NCBI GenBank assembly: GCA_040902005.1
Contig: JBBDYA010000010.1
Location: forward strand, 1-49,319
DNA: 49,319 nucleotides
Source: Gemmatimonadaceae bacterium
GTDB lineage: Bacteria; Gemmatimonadota; Gemmatimonadetes; Gemmatimonadales; Gemmatimonadaceae
Direction: 5' to 3'
Each line of letters opens with the position of its first letter. The stretch's first letter is position 1. Of the stretch, positions 32,219 to 41,934 are shown in pieces. The notes under the pieces are model-generated. The model saw nothing but the letters and a program-made list of their open reading frames with translations. It searched no databases and was not told where the DNA came from. The position numbers and the translations under genes are program-made.

Positions 32219-34495
32219 ATGGCTACTCCCGTTATCGGGCAGGCCCGTCGGGGCGTCGCTGCTGCGGAACCACCCGCGTCGCCCGCGTCGCCCGCGTCGC
32301 CCGCGTCGCCCGCGTCGCCCGCGTTGCCCGCGTCGCCCGTGTCGCCCGTGTCGCCCGTGTCGCCGTCGCCGCTCGCGACGCTCCTGGCACCCACCAGCAT
32401 CGCGGTCATCGGGGCATCGCGCACGCCACGCACGATGGGCAATCAGGTATTGCGCAATCTCATCCATCAGGGATTCACCGGTCCAGTGTACCCCGTGAAT
32501 CCGGGAGCGCGGTCCGTGTGCTCGGTTCGCGCCTATCCGAGCATCACCGACATTCCGGAGGCGGTGGACCTGGCCGTCATCGCCGTGCCGCAGGAGAGCG
32601 TCGCCAAGGTCGCCGCGGAGTGTGGCAAGTCCGGCGTGCGAGGCCTGATCGTCATTAGTGCGGGCTTCAAGGAGGTAGGCGCGGAGGGCGCAGCTCGCGA
32701 ACGCAACCTGGTGGAGGTCGTGCGACGCTACGGCATGCGCATGGTCGGACCCAACTGCATGGGCGTCATCAATGCATCCCCCGACGTGATGATGAATGCC
32801 ACCTTCGCGCCGTATATGCCGCCGTTTGGCGCGGCCGCGTTCGTGTCGCAGTCGGGGGCGTTGGGCGTGAGCGTGCTCGATTACGCGCGCGAGTACGGTA
32901 TCGGCATCTCGCAGTTCGTTTCGGTCGGCAACAAGCCGGACGTGAGTGGCAACGACCTCCTGGAGGCATGGGAGCATGACGACACCGTCAAGGTCATCCT
33001 CATGTACGTCGAGAACTTCGGGAACCCGGCCCGTTTTCTCCAGATCGCAAGTCGTATCACCGCGACGAAACCGATCATCGCGGTCAAAGCTGGGCGCAGC
33101 AAATCGGGAGCGCGCGCCGCCCTGTCGCATACCGGCGCACTCGCGGCGAGCGACGCCGCGGTGGACGCGCTCCTCGCACAAGCGGGAGTGCTTCGCGCCG
33201 CCACCATCGAAGAGCTGTTCGACATGGCCATGGCGTTTGGCGTTCGCTCGCTTCCCCGCTCGCGCCGGACCGCCGTGCTCTCCAACGCCGGCGGCCCGGG
33301 CATCCTCGCGGCCGATGCCATGGAAGGGTGCGGCCTCGAGCTGGTTTCGCCGACAACCGCGACCGTGACCGCGATCAAGCCGCTGTTGCCACCCGGGGTG
33401 CCGGTGCGCAACCCGCTCGATCTCATCGCGTCGGCGACGCCGGCGGGATACCGCTCGGCGCTCACGAGTCTGTTGCAGGACCCGATGGTGGATTGCGTAG
33501 TGCCGATCTTCATTCCGCCGCTGGGCGTCGATCAGGAGGCGGTCGCCACCGCCATCGTGAATGCCTCGCGCGCGCGACCCGACAAACCGGTGCTGGCGGT
33601 CCTCATGGGACGCAAGGGTCTGAGCGAGTGGCGTGCCGAGCTGCATCATGCCGGAATTCCGACGTACATCTTCCCGGAATCGGCCGCGCGCGCGATCGCC
33701 GCGCTCAACCGGTATCGGGAGATGTCACAGCGCCCGCGCGAGACACCGGCGCCGCTCCCTGTGGATCGTGCCGGCGCGGCGGCCATCATCGCACAGGCGC
33801 GCGGGGAGGGACGGACCCGCTTGAACGAGCTGGAAGCCCTCGCGCTGCTGGACGCGTACGGAGTGCGGGTGACGCGCGCGCGTCTCGCGAGATCGCGGGA
33901 AGCGGCGCTCGTCGCGGCGTGCGACCTCGGGTTTCCCGTGGTCATGAAGATCGTGTCGCCCGACATCGTGCACAAAACGGACGTGGGCGGCGTCGCGCTC
34001 GACATTCGTGACGAGCACGCGGCCGCGAAAGCGTACGACCGCATCATCAGCGAGACCGGACATCGCGCAGCCGGCGCCCGGGTCCAAGGCGTGCTGGTGG
34101 CGCCCCAGGTCGATGCCTCGGGCGGGCGCGAGACGATCGTCGGTTTCGCGCGCGATCCGCTCTTCGGTCCCCTGGTCATGTTCGGGCTCGGCGGGATCTA
34201 CGCCGAAGCGCTTCGCGACGTCGTCTTTCGCATTGCGCCCCTCACGCAGCGGGACGCGCGCGACATGGTCTCGGGCATCCGTGGGACGTCGTTGCTCGAC
34301 GGGATCCGCGGCCAGCCATCGGTGAATCGTGAGGGGCTGCAGGAGGTCGTGCGCCGCGTGGCCCAGCTCGCCGTGGATTTCCCCGAGATAGGCGAAGTGG
34401 ATGTGAATCCCGTGCTCGCGTTCGAGCACACCGTCGTGGCGGTCGACTGCCGAGTCGTGCTGTCGGCCGTCGCGAACAACGCAGGACCGCATTAA
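32219..34495 (+). CDS. ADP-forming acyl/acetate-CoA ligase (fused alpha-beta)
   Basis: IAVIGAS, GPNCMG, SQSGALG, SHTGALA (phospho-His), NAGGPG, ATP-grasp HKTDVGGV..DPLFGP..DVNP. Confidence 0.93.
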   Translation: MATPVIGQARRGVAAAEPPASPASPASPASPASPALPASPVSPVSPVSPSPLATLLAPTSIAVIGASRTPRTMGNQVLRNLIHQGFTGPVYPVNPGARSVCSVRAYPSITDIPEAVDLAVIAVPQESVAKVAAECGKSGVRGLIVISAGFKEVGAEGAARERNLVEVVRRYGMRMVGPNCMGVINASPDVMMNATFAPYMPPFGAAAFVSQSGALGVSVLDYAREYGIGISQFVSVGNKPDVSGNDLLEAWEHDDTVKVILMYVENFGNPARFLQIASRITATKPIIAVKAGRSKSGARAALSHTGALAASDAAVDALLAQAGVLRAATIEELFDMAMAFGVRSLPRSRRTAVLSNAGGPGILAADAMEGCGLELVSPTTATVTAIKPLLPPGVPVRNPLDLIASATPAGYRSALTSLLQDPMVDCVVPIFIPPLGVDQEAVATAIVNASRARPDKPVLAVLMGRKGLSEWRAELHHAGIPTYIFPESAARAIAALNRYREMSQRPRETPAPLPVDRAGAAAIIAQARGEGRTRLNELEALALLDAYGVRVTRARLARSREAALVAACDLGFPVVMKIVSPDIVHKTDVGGVALDIRDEHAAAKAYDRIISETGHRAAGARVQGVLVAPQVDASGGRETIVGFARDPLFGPLVMFGLGGIYAEALRDVVFRIAPLTQRDARDMVSGIRGTSLLDGIRGQPSVNREGLQEVVRRVAQLAVDFPEIGEVDVNPVLAFEHTVVAVDCRVVLSAVANNAGPH
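32273..32362 (+). repeat. 9-bp tandem repeat x10 (CCCGYGTYG) encoding PAS/PAL/PVS
   Basis: CCCGCGTCG x5, CCCGCGTTG, CCCGCGTCG, CCCGTGTCG x3 read directly. Confidence 0.95.
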
Positions 34496-34505
34496 AGGAG
34501 GCGGT

Positions 34506-34979
34506 ATGGCACTGATTCGTTTTACCAATCGTCCGGCTGGATCCCTGCCTCGCTCGTTCATCGACGAGCTGCCGGAGCGCTTTCGCCAGATGTTCGAGGG
34601 CAACATGGCCTTCGAGCCAATCGCGGAGCCACTCGGGTGGATGCCGGCCATGGAGATCTTCGAGAAGGATGACGCGCTCGTGGTGACCGCCGAGCTGCCG
34701 GGCGTCAGCAGCAAGGACGTCGACATCACGCTCGACGACGGTATCCTGACGGTGCGTGGCGAGAAGAAGGAAGAGCGGAAGGAAGGCGAGCCGGAATCCC
34801 GCTACCACATGTGGGAGCGGCGTTATGGCTCGTTCCAGCGCGCCTTCACGCTGCCGAAGGCGGTGGATGCCGCGAAGATCTTCGCGAAGTTCGAGAACGG
34901 CGTCCTGACCATCACGCTCCCCAAGAGCGAGAAGGCGAAGGTCCAGGGCCGCAAGATTCCGATCTCGAACGGCACGTAG
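34506..34979 (+). CDS. Hsp20/alpha-crystallin small heat-shock protein
   Basis: AELPGV, ERRYGSFQRAFTLP, FENGVLTITLPK; AAGGAGG RBS. Confidence 0.95.
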   Translation: MALIRFTNRPAGSLPRSFIDELPERFRQMFEGNMAFEPIAEPLGWMPAMEIFEKDDALVVTAELPGVSSKDVDITLDDGILTVRGEKKEERKEGEPESRYHMWERRYGSFQRAFTLPKAVDAAKIFAKFENGVLTITLPKSEKAKVQGRKIPISNGT

Positions 34980-35118
34980 AGGCACATGAACGCCGCGGCG
35001 GCCGTCGAGATGGTGGGACGATGGTGGGACGGATCGCGCGTTTGCGAGTCGAGCGCGTCGGCGACGTCGCGGCGTTCGTGGCGGACACCGCGCGATGTCC
35101 GCGTGTCTCTACAAGCGC

Positions 35119-35862
35119 TCATGAGCGGAGCGCGCCGCCGGAACCTCCTTGGGGCCCGATGGGGCGCACGGGGCTTCCGGCGTACGCGACGCCGGCATCC
35201 AGGCGCGCTCGCTTCGGAACGAAGCTGAGTGCGCCCACGTCGCATCCGTCACCGATCTCGGCGCCCAGCATGACGACGCTCCCGACCCCGATCGTGACGT
35301 TCCGACCGACGCGCACCGCACGCGTCTTCACGACGCCACCCTCGACCGTGTGGCCCGCGATGTGGACGTCGGAGCCGACTACCGTCCCGGCGCCGAACTC
35401 GAGCAGGTTGTGATCGCTGGCGCCGAGGGTGTTCACGTAGACGCCGCGACCGATGCGCGCGCCGTTCAGCCGAAGGTACATCGTCCAAACGGGGGTGGCG
35501 CGCAGGATCGTCCCTGCGAACACTCGCGCGACATGAGTCAGAACCGTGTAGCGCACCCAGTCGAGCAGGGGCCACTCGAGATCGCGGATGCGCATCTCGG
35601 CGTCAGCCGGCGTTCGCCAGCCAAGCAACCAGGTGGCGGCCGCGGAAAACAGCATCAGCGCGACGGCGAACAGCAGGTACGCCGGCACGAAGGCCATGGC
35701 CAGAGCGACGACGCGAGCCCATTCGCCGGGGAAGCGCCACGTGAGATGCCACTCCCAGAAGAGGGCGGCGGGAAGCACGGCGAGCCCAAAGACGATGCTC
35801 TCGACTACAAACGCGGTGAGCACCGTCCAGGTGGCTCGCGCCCATCGACGGGCGGCTACCAT
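35119..35862 (-). CDS. Membrane-anchored hexapeptide-repeat (left-handed beta-helix) acyltransferase-like protein
   Basis: GARIGRGVYVN, VRVGRNVTIGVGSVVMLGAEIGDG and YAGSPVR after two TM helices. Confidence 0.8.
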   Translation of the reverse strand: MVAARRWARATWTVLTAFVVESIVFGLAVLPAALFWEWHLTWRFPGEWARVVALAMAFVPAYLLFAVALMLFSAAATWLLGWRTPADAEMRIRDLEWPLLDWVRYTVLTHVARVFAGTILRATPVWTMYLRLNGARIGRGVYVNTLGASDHNLLEFGAGTVVGSDVHIAGHTVEGGVVKTRAVRVGRNVTIGVGSVVMLGAEIGDGCDVGALSFVPKRARLDAGVAYAGSPVRPIGPQGGSGGALRS

Positions 35863-35936
35863 GCGAACCCGTGGTGCCAGCGCAAGAACATTTGCTCGGG
35901 ATACCTGGTCCGACGGCGGAGGGTCCTCCAGCGACG

Positions 35937-36740
35937 ATGATGCATCCACCAATTCGGCGAGGCCGGACCGAGCGGGCCGCCTACAATCCGGACGTGCGCA
36001 TCGACGGAACCGGTGCCCCGCTCGTGTTCGTGCCCGGCATGGACGGCACGGGCCGGCTGTTCCACCGCCAAGTGCCGCTTCTGGCCCAGCGGTTTCGTGT
36101 TGCGACCTACGCCCTGCGCGACGATGCCCCGGACATGGCGACGCTGGTCGCGGACCTGGCGCGTGTGCTCGACGCCGTCGCGCCGGAAACCGGGGCGGTC
36201 GTGATCGGCGAATCGTTCGGCGGCACACTCGCGCTGAGCTTCGCCCTCGCCCATCCCGATCGCGTGCGGGCGCTCGTCGTGCTCAATTCGTTCCCGCGAT
36301 TTCTTCCCCAGATCCGGCTGCACCTCGCGATGATCGGCATCCGGATGATGCCGTGGGGCGCCATGCGTTTCGTGCGTCGTGTGACGGCACTCCGGCTGCA
36401 CTCGCCGCATACTCACCGCTCGGAGATGAAGTACTTTCTCGCCCAGACGCGCGTGACGACCCGTCGCGGCTATCTTGGGCGTCTGCGGATCCTCACGCAA
36501 TACGATGTGCGCGACCGATTGGCGCGCATCGAGATGCCCACGCTGTTTCTCGCCGCCGACAGCGACCATCTCATTCCTTCGGTCGAGCAAGGAACTTACA
36601 TGGCCGCGCGCGTGCCCGGTGCGACCCTGCGCGTTCTCACGGGACACGGCCACGCGTGCCTGATTGCTCCTGGCGTGGATCTCGCTCGGACCATCGCCGA
36701 CTGGGAACGCGAGACGCAGCGCTCATTGAGCCATTCCTAG
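35937..36740 (+). CDS. Alpha/beta hydrolase
   Basis: PGMDGTG, GESFGG nucleophile elbow, Asp (DHLIP), GHGH; start uncertain (35937 or 35994). Confidence 0.88.
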   Translation: MMHPPIRRGRTERAAYNPDVRIDGTGAPLVFVPGMDGTGRLFHRQVPLLAQRFRVATYALRDDAPDMATLVADLARVLDAVAPETGAVVIGESFGGTLALSFALAHPDRVRALVVLNSFPRFLPQIRLHLAMIGIRMMPWGAMRFVRRVTALRLHSPHTHRSEMKYFLAQTRVTTRRGYLGRLRILTQYDVRDRLARIEMPTLFLAADSDHLIPSVEQGTYMAARVPGATLRVLTGHGHACLIAPGVDLARTIADWERETQRSLSHS

Positions 36741-36949
36741 CACTCGCTGTCGACATCCTTGCCAGGCTCCACAAGCGCTTCGACGCGCGGCCACTCCGGC
36801 TCCTTGCCGAGTTTCGCCGGCAGCTCCGCGTGAAGGTCGATCGTGGATCCTGCGCTTGAGCCGGCACTCGGGCCGACCGCCCAGCCGTTCTCGCGGTCTA
36901 GCTTCCCGGCCCCGGCACCTGTTGTGTTCTGGCGTGTCGTCCTGGCCAC
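36737..36949 (-). CDS. Small hypothetical protein (70 aa)
   Basis: GGAGG RBS before GTG; fills the gap downstream of a USP gene. Confidence 0.45.
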   Translation of the reverse strand: MARTTRQNTTGAGAGKLDRENGWAVGPSAGSSAGSTIDLHAELPAKLGKEPEWPRVEALVEPGKDVDSEC

Positions 36950-37009
36950 TTCCGCCTCCGTGTCAGATGTTTCCCTTCTCGGAACTCATCCACAATGGCT
37001 CTCGTCGCC

Positions 37010-37999
37010 TCAGGCGTGAACGAACGCGGGCAACTGCTCCTCGATGCTCTCAGGGCTGGGGACACCGGGCTCCGCGCTCACCGTCGCGGGGCGTTTGATC
37101 AGGATCGGAACTCGGCTTCCGCGGAGCAGCTTGTCGGCGACGCTCCCGACCACGAGTCGCGACATGCCGCGGCCGTGCGTGGACATCGCGATCATGTCCG
37201 CCGCATTCGCTTGGGCGAACTGGAGGATCCTGGATGCCACGCCGGGGGCGACGACGACGTGTGTTTCCACATTCGTTGCGCCCTGGTGTGCGAGCGTGCG
37301 CGCGATGCTGGCAAGATCTTCCTTCGCGTCGTCTTCGAGATGCCGCGTCGCGGTTTCGTCCGGAACCGTCGCGGCGTACGCCCACGTCAAGCTCGTGTCC
37401 GCGACGATTATCGGGACAGGCGGCACGACCCGGAGCAGCACCAGGCGAGCGCCGTCGATTCGTGCCAGGTCCGAGGCCGCGGCCAGTACTTCCGTCGCAA
37501 GCGTCGAACCGTCAAGCGGCACGAGAATCCGGTTCATTGGTCGAGTCGTCCGCGAGCGGCTGCCGGCCCTTGTCCTGTGTGGGCGCAGCATGAGCACCGG
37601 AATCCTGGACTGGCGCACCACACCGTCCGCGACGCTGCCCAGCCAGGAGCGGCTCAGGCCCGTGCGGCCGTGGGACGTCATCACGATGAGATCGGCGCCG
37701 ACATCGTGTGCCCGTGCGCTGATCTGCTCCACCGGTTCACCACGTGGAACGGCCATGGTCACCACGACGCTCGCGCCCGTGCGGAGCTCGGCGGCGAGAG
37801 TCTCCAGATAGCGGCTGTCCTCGAGCCATTGCTTCGCCTCCTTCTCTGGCGACGTGCTCACGCCCATGAATCGCACGGGTTGGTGCACGAAGATCAGGTC
37901 AACGTCGGCATGCGACGCACGAGCAATGGCCGCGGCGGTTCCCAACGCCTGCTCGGCGAGCGGGGAACGATCGAGTGGGACGAGCAGCCTTTTGAACAT
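37010..37999 (-). CDS. Universal stress protein (two USP domains)
   Basis: LLVPLD, DLIVMTSHGRTG..GSVAD, ILVPLDGS, MSTHGRG..GSVAD; GGAGG RBS. Confidence 0.95.
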   Translation of the reverse strand: MFKRLLVPLDRSPLAEQALGTAAAIARASHADVDLIFVHQPVRFMGVSTSPEKEAKQWLEDSRYLETLAAELRTGASVVVTMAVPRGEPVEQISARAHDVGADLIVMTSHGRTGLSRSWLGSVADGVVRQSRIPVLMLRPHRTRAGSRSRTTRPMNRILVPLDGSTLATEVLAAASDLARIDGARLVLLRVVPPVPIIVADTSLTWAYAATVPDETATRHLEDDAKEDLASIARTLAHQGATNVETHVVVAPGVASRILQFAQANAADMIAMSTHGRGMSRLVVGSVADKLLRGSRVPILIKRPATVSAEPGVPSPESIEEQLPAFVHA

Positions 38000-38058
38000 C
38001 TGCGCCTCCAGTGCGCGGAGCTGTCACAACACGATAGGGTCTGGCCGAGCGCGTGTAG

Positions 38059-38095
38059 TCAGGGCGGTTCCGCTCCCGTGTGCGGACTTCGCCTA
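38059..38095. promoter_or_regulatory. Pair of boxes 22 bp apart upstream of a USP gene
   Basis: TCAGGGCGGTTCCGC (38059) and TGCGGACTTCGCCTA (38081). Confidence 0.4.
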
Positions 38096-38189
38096 CCGGG
38101 GGCTGAGGCGCCGGTCGGTGCGAGGAAGCGGCCGATGACGCGCGCGCACTCGTATGCCTTCGCCGTACGGTGCGCGGCGCGGTGCAGTG

Positions 38190-38516
38190 GTCGCGATGAA
38201 TGTGGTCGGGTCAGCGACAGCCCTCTTGTCCGGAACGCTCGTCACGCGACGGTCAAGCGCGTGCCCGTGCCGCGGCATCGGCGGACGCCGTCTCGTCAGC
38301 GCATCTTCCACGTCGCCGATGACGGGGACACGGACGCCACGTTCGAGCGATCCCCAGCGCCTCGATGGTACGCGAGCGCTCCGCGACGTCCGCGACGTTC
38401 GTTGGCGAGATGCTGCACCAATCCTTCGTCGCGCCGGGGTAGTGCTCACACAGTGTGATCAGGCGGCTCTCGTCGCGCAGCGGTAACGGCCGGAGCACCA
38501 CGCCGTTCAGGATCTT
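38190..38516 (-). pseudogene. Remnant of an ADOP/MacB-like ABC permease
   Basis: NGVVLRPLPLRDESRLITLCE..ISPTNVADVAERSRTIEALG resembles the ADOP permease N-terminal periplasmic region; frame is broken afterwards. Confidence 0.6.
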
Positions 38517-38519
38517 CGC

Positions 38520-41216
38520 TCATGGTAGCTCCTGTCGGCTGGCGGGCAGCCCCCGCGTCCGAGCGATCTTGATTGCCTGGCCGACGACAGCGGGCGCCGC
38601 CGCTGCCGCCAGCACGAGCGCCCAATCACCGGTCGAGAGCGGCACCACGCGTAGTACGCGGGCTAGGCCGGGCAAATACATGGCGAGCGCCTGCAGGGCG
38701 ACGACGAGCACCACTGAACCGAGCGCCCAGCGGTTCGACAGCGCGTGTCGCGGATGCAGCACTGCCGCGGTGCTTCGCGCATTGCCCAGGTGCAGAGTTT
38801 GCGCGAGCGCGAGCGTCATAAAGGCGACCGTTCCGGCGCGCGTCGCGTCGCCGTCGCCGAGGGCCACCAGGAACGCGACGAGGGTAACCGCGGCGATGAG
38901 AACCGCATGGAACGCGATCCTCGCGAGGAACGAACGCGAGAGAATCGCTTCCTGGGGATCGCGCGGCGGGCGGCGCATGAGGTCGGGCTCCGCGGGCTCC
39001 ACCGCGAGCGCGAGCGCCGGGAAAGTATCCGTGACCATGTTGAGCCAGAGGATCTGGAGCGGGAGCAGCGGCTGGGGTAGCCCGATCACCGCGGCGACGA
39101 GCAGCACGAGCACCTCGGCGAGGTTACAGGAAAACAGGTAGAAGACGAACTTGCGGATATTGTCGAAGATGACGCGACCCTCCTCGACCGCGGCCGCAAT
39201 GGTCGAGAACCGGTCGTCCGCCAGCACGATGTCGGCGGCCTCCTTGGCGATGTCTGTCCCGCGCATGCCCATCGCGACGCCGATGTCCGCTTTCTTGAGC
39301 GCGGCAGCGTCGTTCACGCCATCGCCCAGCATCGCCACGATTTCGCCGCGCCGCTGGAGCGCCTCGACGATACGCAGCTTGTCGGCGGGGCTCACGCGGT
39401 TGAACACGCCGGTGTGCTCCAGCCGCGCCGCGAGCGACGCCTCGTCCAGCGTCGCCAGCTCCCGCCCGTCCATCGCGCCTTCCTTGTCACCGATGATGCC
39501 GAGCTCCCGCGCAACCGCCACGGCGGTGAGCCGCTGGTCGCCGGTGATCATGACGGTGCGGATGCCACCGTCGCGCAGGCGGCGGATCGTCTCTTTCACC
39601 TCGGGCGCCGGCGGGTCGGCGATGCCCACAAACCCGACGAACGTGAGAGCGCGCACGGCTTCCTCGCTCATGTTCCGCACGTCGGCTCGCGCAAGCGCGA
39701 GCACGCGCAGCCCGCGCGCCGCGAGTGTCTGGTTCGTGTCGATCAGCCGTTGGCGGCCCGCCTCATCCAGCGGCCGCTCACCACCCGCACCCAGTTCCCG
39801 GACGCTGCGTTCGATGATTCGCCCCGGCGCTCCTTTCACATAGGCGCGAAGTGTGTCGTCCGGTGTTCGGTGAAAGGTCGCCATCCATTGCCGTTCGCTC
39901 GAGAATGGAATCTCGCCGGCTTCCGGCAACTGCCGCCGCAAGCGCTCGCGATCCATCCCCGCCTTCTGCGCGGCGACCAGGAGCGCGGCCTCGGTGGGGT
40001 CGCCTATGGCGCGCCAGGTACCGTTCTCGCGCTTGACGTCCGCGTGGTTCGTCAGGGCCCCGATGCGGAGCGCTTCGGCGAGTACGCTGTCCGCAGCGAT
40101 TGAAATCGCCCGCCCGCCGCTCGTGAATTCTCCCTCCGGTGCGTACGTAGTGCCCGTCACGTCTACGTCGCGCCCGTCCGCGACGATCGTGGTCACCGAC
40201 ATCTCACCGGCGGTGAGAGTTCCGGTCTTGTCGGCGCCCACCGTCGTCACCGAGCCGAGCGTCTCCGCGGCGGGGAGCCGCCGTACGACGGCGCGACGCC
40301 GCGCCATGCGCCAGACGCCGACGGCGAGTGTGATCGTGGCGACCGCCGGAAGCCCTTCCGGGACCGCCGCGATGGCGAGCGCAATCCCGGTCTGGAGCAC
40401 CAGCCCCCACGACGCGCCGCGCGCGAGACCAAGGACCGCGACGAGAGCGGCGAAAGCAAGCGCGACCCAGACGAGGCGCCGGCCAAGCGCGTCCAGCCGG
40501 TGCTCGAGTGGCGTGCGCTCCTCAGCGACCCCGCTCGTCAGTGTGCCAATCTTTCCCAGCTCGGTCGCGTTGCCCGTCGCAATGACGACGGCGTGCGCCG
40601 ACCCCGACACCACGGCCGTCGCCTGGTAGATCATGTTCGTGCGCTCGGCGAGCATCGTGTCCTCGGCGAGCACCGTATCGGCACGCTTCTCCACCGGGAG
40701 CGACTCACCGGTGAGCGGCGCCTCGGTGACGCGGAGGTCCACCGCCGAAATGAGCCGCGCATCCGCGGGCACCGACTCACCGCTTTCGACGACGATCACG
40801 TCTCCGGGAACCAGCTCCATCGCGCTGATCTCGAGCCGGCGGCCGCCGCGGATCACCGTGGCGTGCGGCACTTCGAGCCGGCGCAGCGCCTCCATCGCGC
40901 GGCGCGCGCGAAGCTCGGTCACAAAGCCGATCGCCGCATTGATGACGAGCACCGCCGCGACCGCCGCTGCTTCGAGCGCGTCGCCGATCGCCCACGCGAC
41001 CGCGGTCGCCACCACGAGAAGAAGCACAACGACGCTCCGGAACTGCGCCGCGAGGATGGCCCACGCCGGCGTCGCTCTGCCGATGTCGATGCGGTTGGGG
41101 CCGTAACGCTCCAGCAAGCGTGCGGTCGCGGCGGGCGTGAGCCCGTCAAGGGACGAGTCGAGCCGCGCCAACGCGTCGTCCGCGGGGAGCGCGTGCCACG
41201 ACACCGGCTCATTCAT
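38520..41216 (-). CDS. Cation-transporting P2-type ATPase (CtpF/Ca2+-ATPase-like)
   Basis: YGPN, TGES, PEGL, DKTGTLT, KGAP, MITGD, GDGVNDA, LWLNMVTD. Confidence 0.95.
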   Translation of the reverse strand: MNEPVSWHALPADDALARLDSSLDGLTPAATARLLERYGPNRIDIGRATPAWAILAAQFRSVVVLLLVVATAVAWAIGDALEAAAVAAVLVINAAIGFVTELRARRAMEALRRLEVPHATVIRGGRRLEISAMELVPGDVIVVESGESVPADARLISAVDLRVTEAPLTGESLPVEKRADTVLAEDTMLAERTNMIYQATAVVSGSAHAVVIATGNATELGKIGTLTSGVAEERTPLEHRLDALGRRLVWVALAFAALVAVLGLARGASWGLVLQTGIALAIAAVPEGLPAVATITLAVGVWRMARRRAVVRRLPAAETLGSVTTVGADKTGTLTAGEMSVTTIVADGRDVDVTGTTYAPEGEFTSGGRAISIAADSVLAEALRIGALTNHADVKRENGTWRAIGDPTEAALLVAAQKAGMDRERLRRQLPEAGEIPFSSERQWMATFHRTPDDTLRAYVKGAPGRIIERSVRELGAGGERPLDEAGRQRLIDTNQTLAARGLRVLALARADVRNMSEEAVRALTFVGFVGIADPPAPEVKETIRRLRDGGIRTVMITGDQRLTAVAVARELGIIGDKEGAMDGRELATLDEASLAARLEHTGVFNRVSPADKLRIVEALQRRGEIVAMLGDGVNDAAALKKADIGVAMGMRGTDIAKEAADIVLADDRFSTIAAAVEEGRVIFDNIRKFVFYLFSCNLAEVLVLLVAAVIGLPQPLLPLQILWLNMVTDTFPALALAVEPAEPDLMRRPPRDPQEAILSRSFLARIAFHAVLIAAVTLVAFLVALGDGDATRAGTVAFMTLALAQTLHLGNARSTAAVLHPRHALSNRWALGSVVLVVALQALAMYLPGLARVLRVVPLSTGDWALVLAAAAAPAVVGQAIKIARTRGLPASRQELP

Positions 41217-41372
41217 GTCATGCAATATCGCCGTGAAGCCGCCGTTGTGAGGCAATGCCGGAAAAGGCGATGGAGAGCAAACACTCACGTGCAACCCGGC
41301 GTTCCCCTACTGACATTTTTCCCTGGAGCGAGCATCGTGCAGGGGAAGGCGCCGGTGTAACCGCGAGGTCAT

Positions 41373-41720
41373 GTGAACGCACGCAGTAAGTGGTCACGCG
41401 CGCTGGTCATCGTGGGACTCATCGCGATGGTCCTCGGAGCTCTCGACCCGCTCGAGGGATCCATCGTGATCCTGCTGGCCTCGGCTCTGGTCGCCAGTGG
41501 CGAGATGGTGGCCGGTAGCCGGTACCGCGGGGCGCTCTATGGGTCTTTCCTTCTCATCACCGCCGGTGTTGTCGCGCTGTGGGTCATGAGCGCCATTGGC
41601 GGCATCGGTGGCGATACGGGGCGCTCCGTGTGGTGGGCGCTCGTTCTCATCCCCTATCCGGTCGGCTGGCTTTTGGGCCTCGTTTTTGGCGCGCGCAAGC
41701 TGCGCGCGGGCTTCTCGTGA
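41373..41720 (+). CDS. Small hypothetical membrane protein
   Basis: GALDPLEGS and PYPVGW motifs, four TM helices, GAGG RBS. Confidence 0.7.
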   Translation: MNARSKWSRALVIVGLIAMVLGALDPLEGSIVILLASALVASGEMVAGSRYRGALYGSFLLITAGVVALWVMSAIGGIGGDTGRSVWWALVLIPYPVGWLLGLVFGARKLRAGFS

Positions 41721-41934
41721 CGGGCCTGCGCTTCGTCTATGAAACCTGAGTATCTCCGGTTCTTCCAGGCGCGATTCGAGCCGCTGGGCGTCGCCCTCTT
41801 TCGGGACGGGTTGCCGGCGCCGTGCGGCGCGAGCCTCGATTGTCAGGGATTTCCGGGTTGAGAAGTAGCAGTTCTTCCCACAGACACGTTCCACCGGTAG
41901 CAGCACTTTTCGCTCGACCATAGTGGAGGTTTCC

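Noticed and set aside
32273..32362. Possible CRISPR array
   Set aside because: Contiguous 9-bp units with no spacers, in frame within a CDS; no cas genes.
31688..33649. 653-aa minus-strand ORF with GRR repeats, and the 78-aa GDA-repeat ORF at 32206..32442
   Set aside because: Both are alternative readings of the acyl-CoA ligase gene and its 9-bp repeat.
36995..38458. 487-aa plus-strand ORF
   Set aside because: Antisense to the USP gene and the permease remnant; no recognisable domain.
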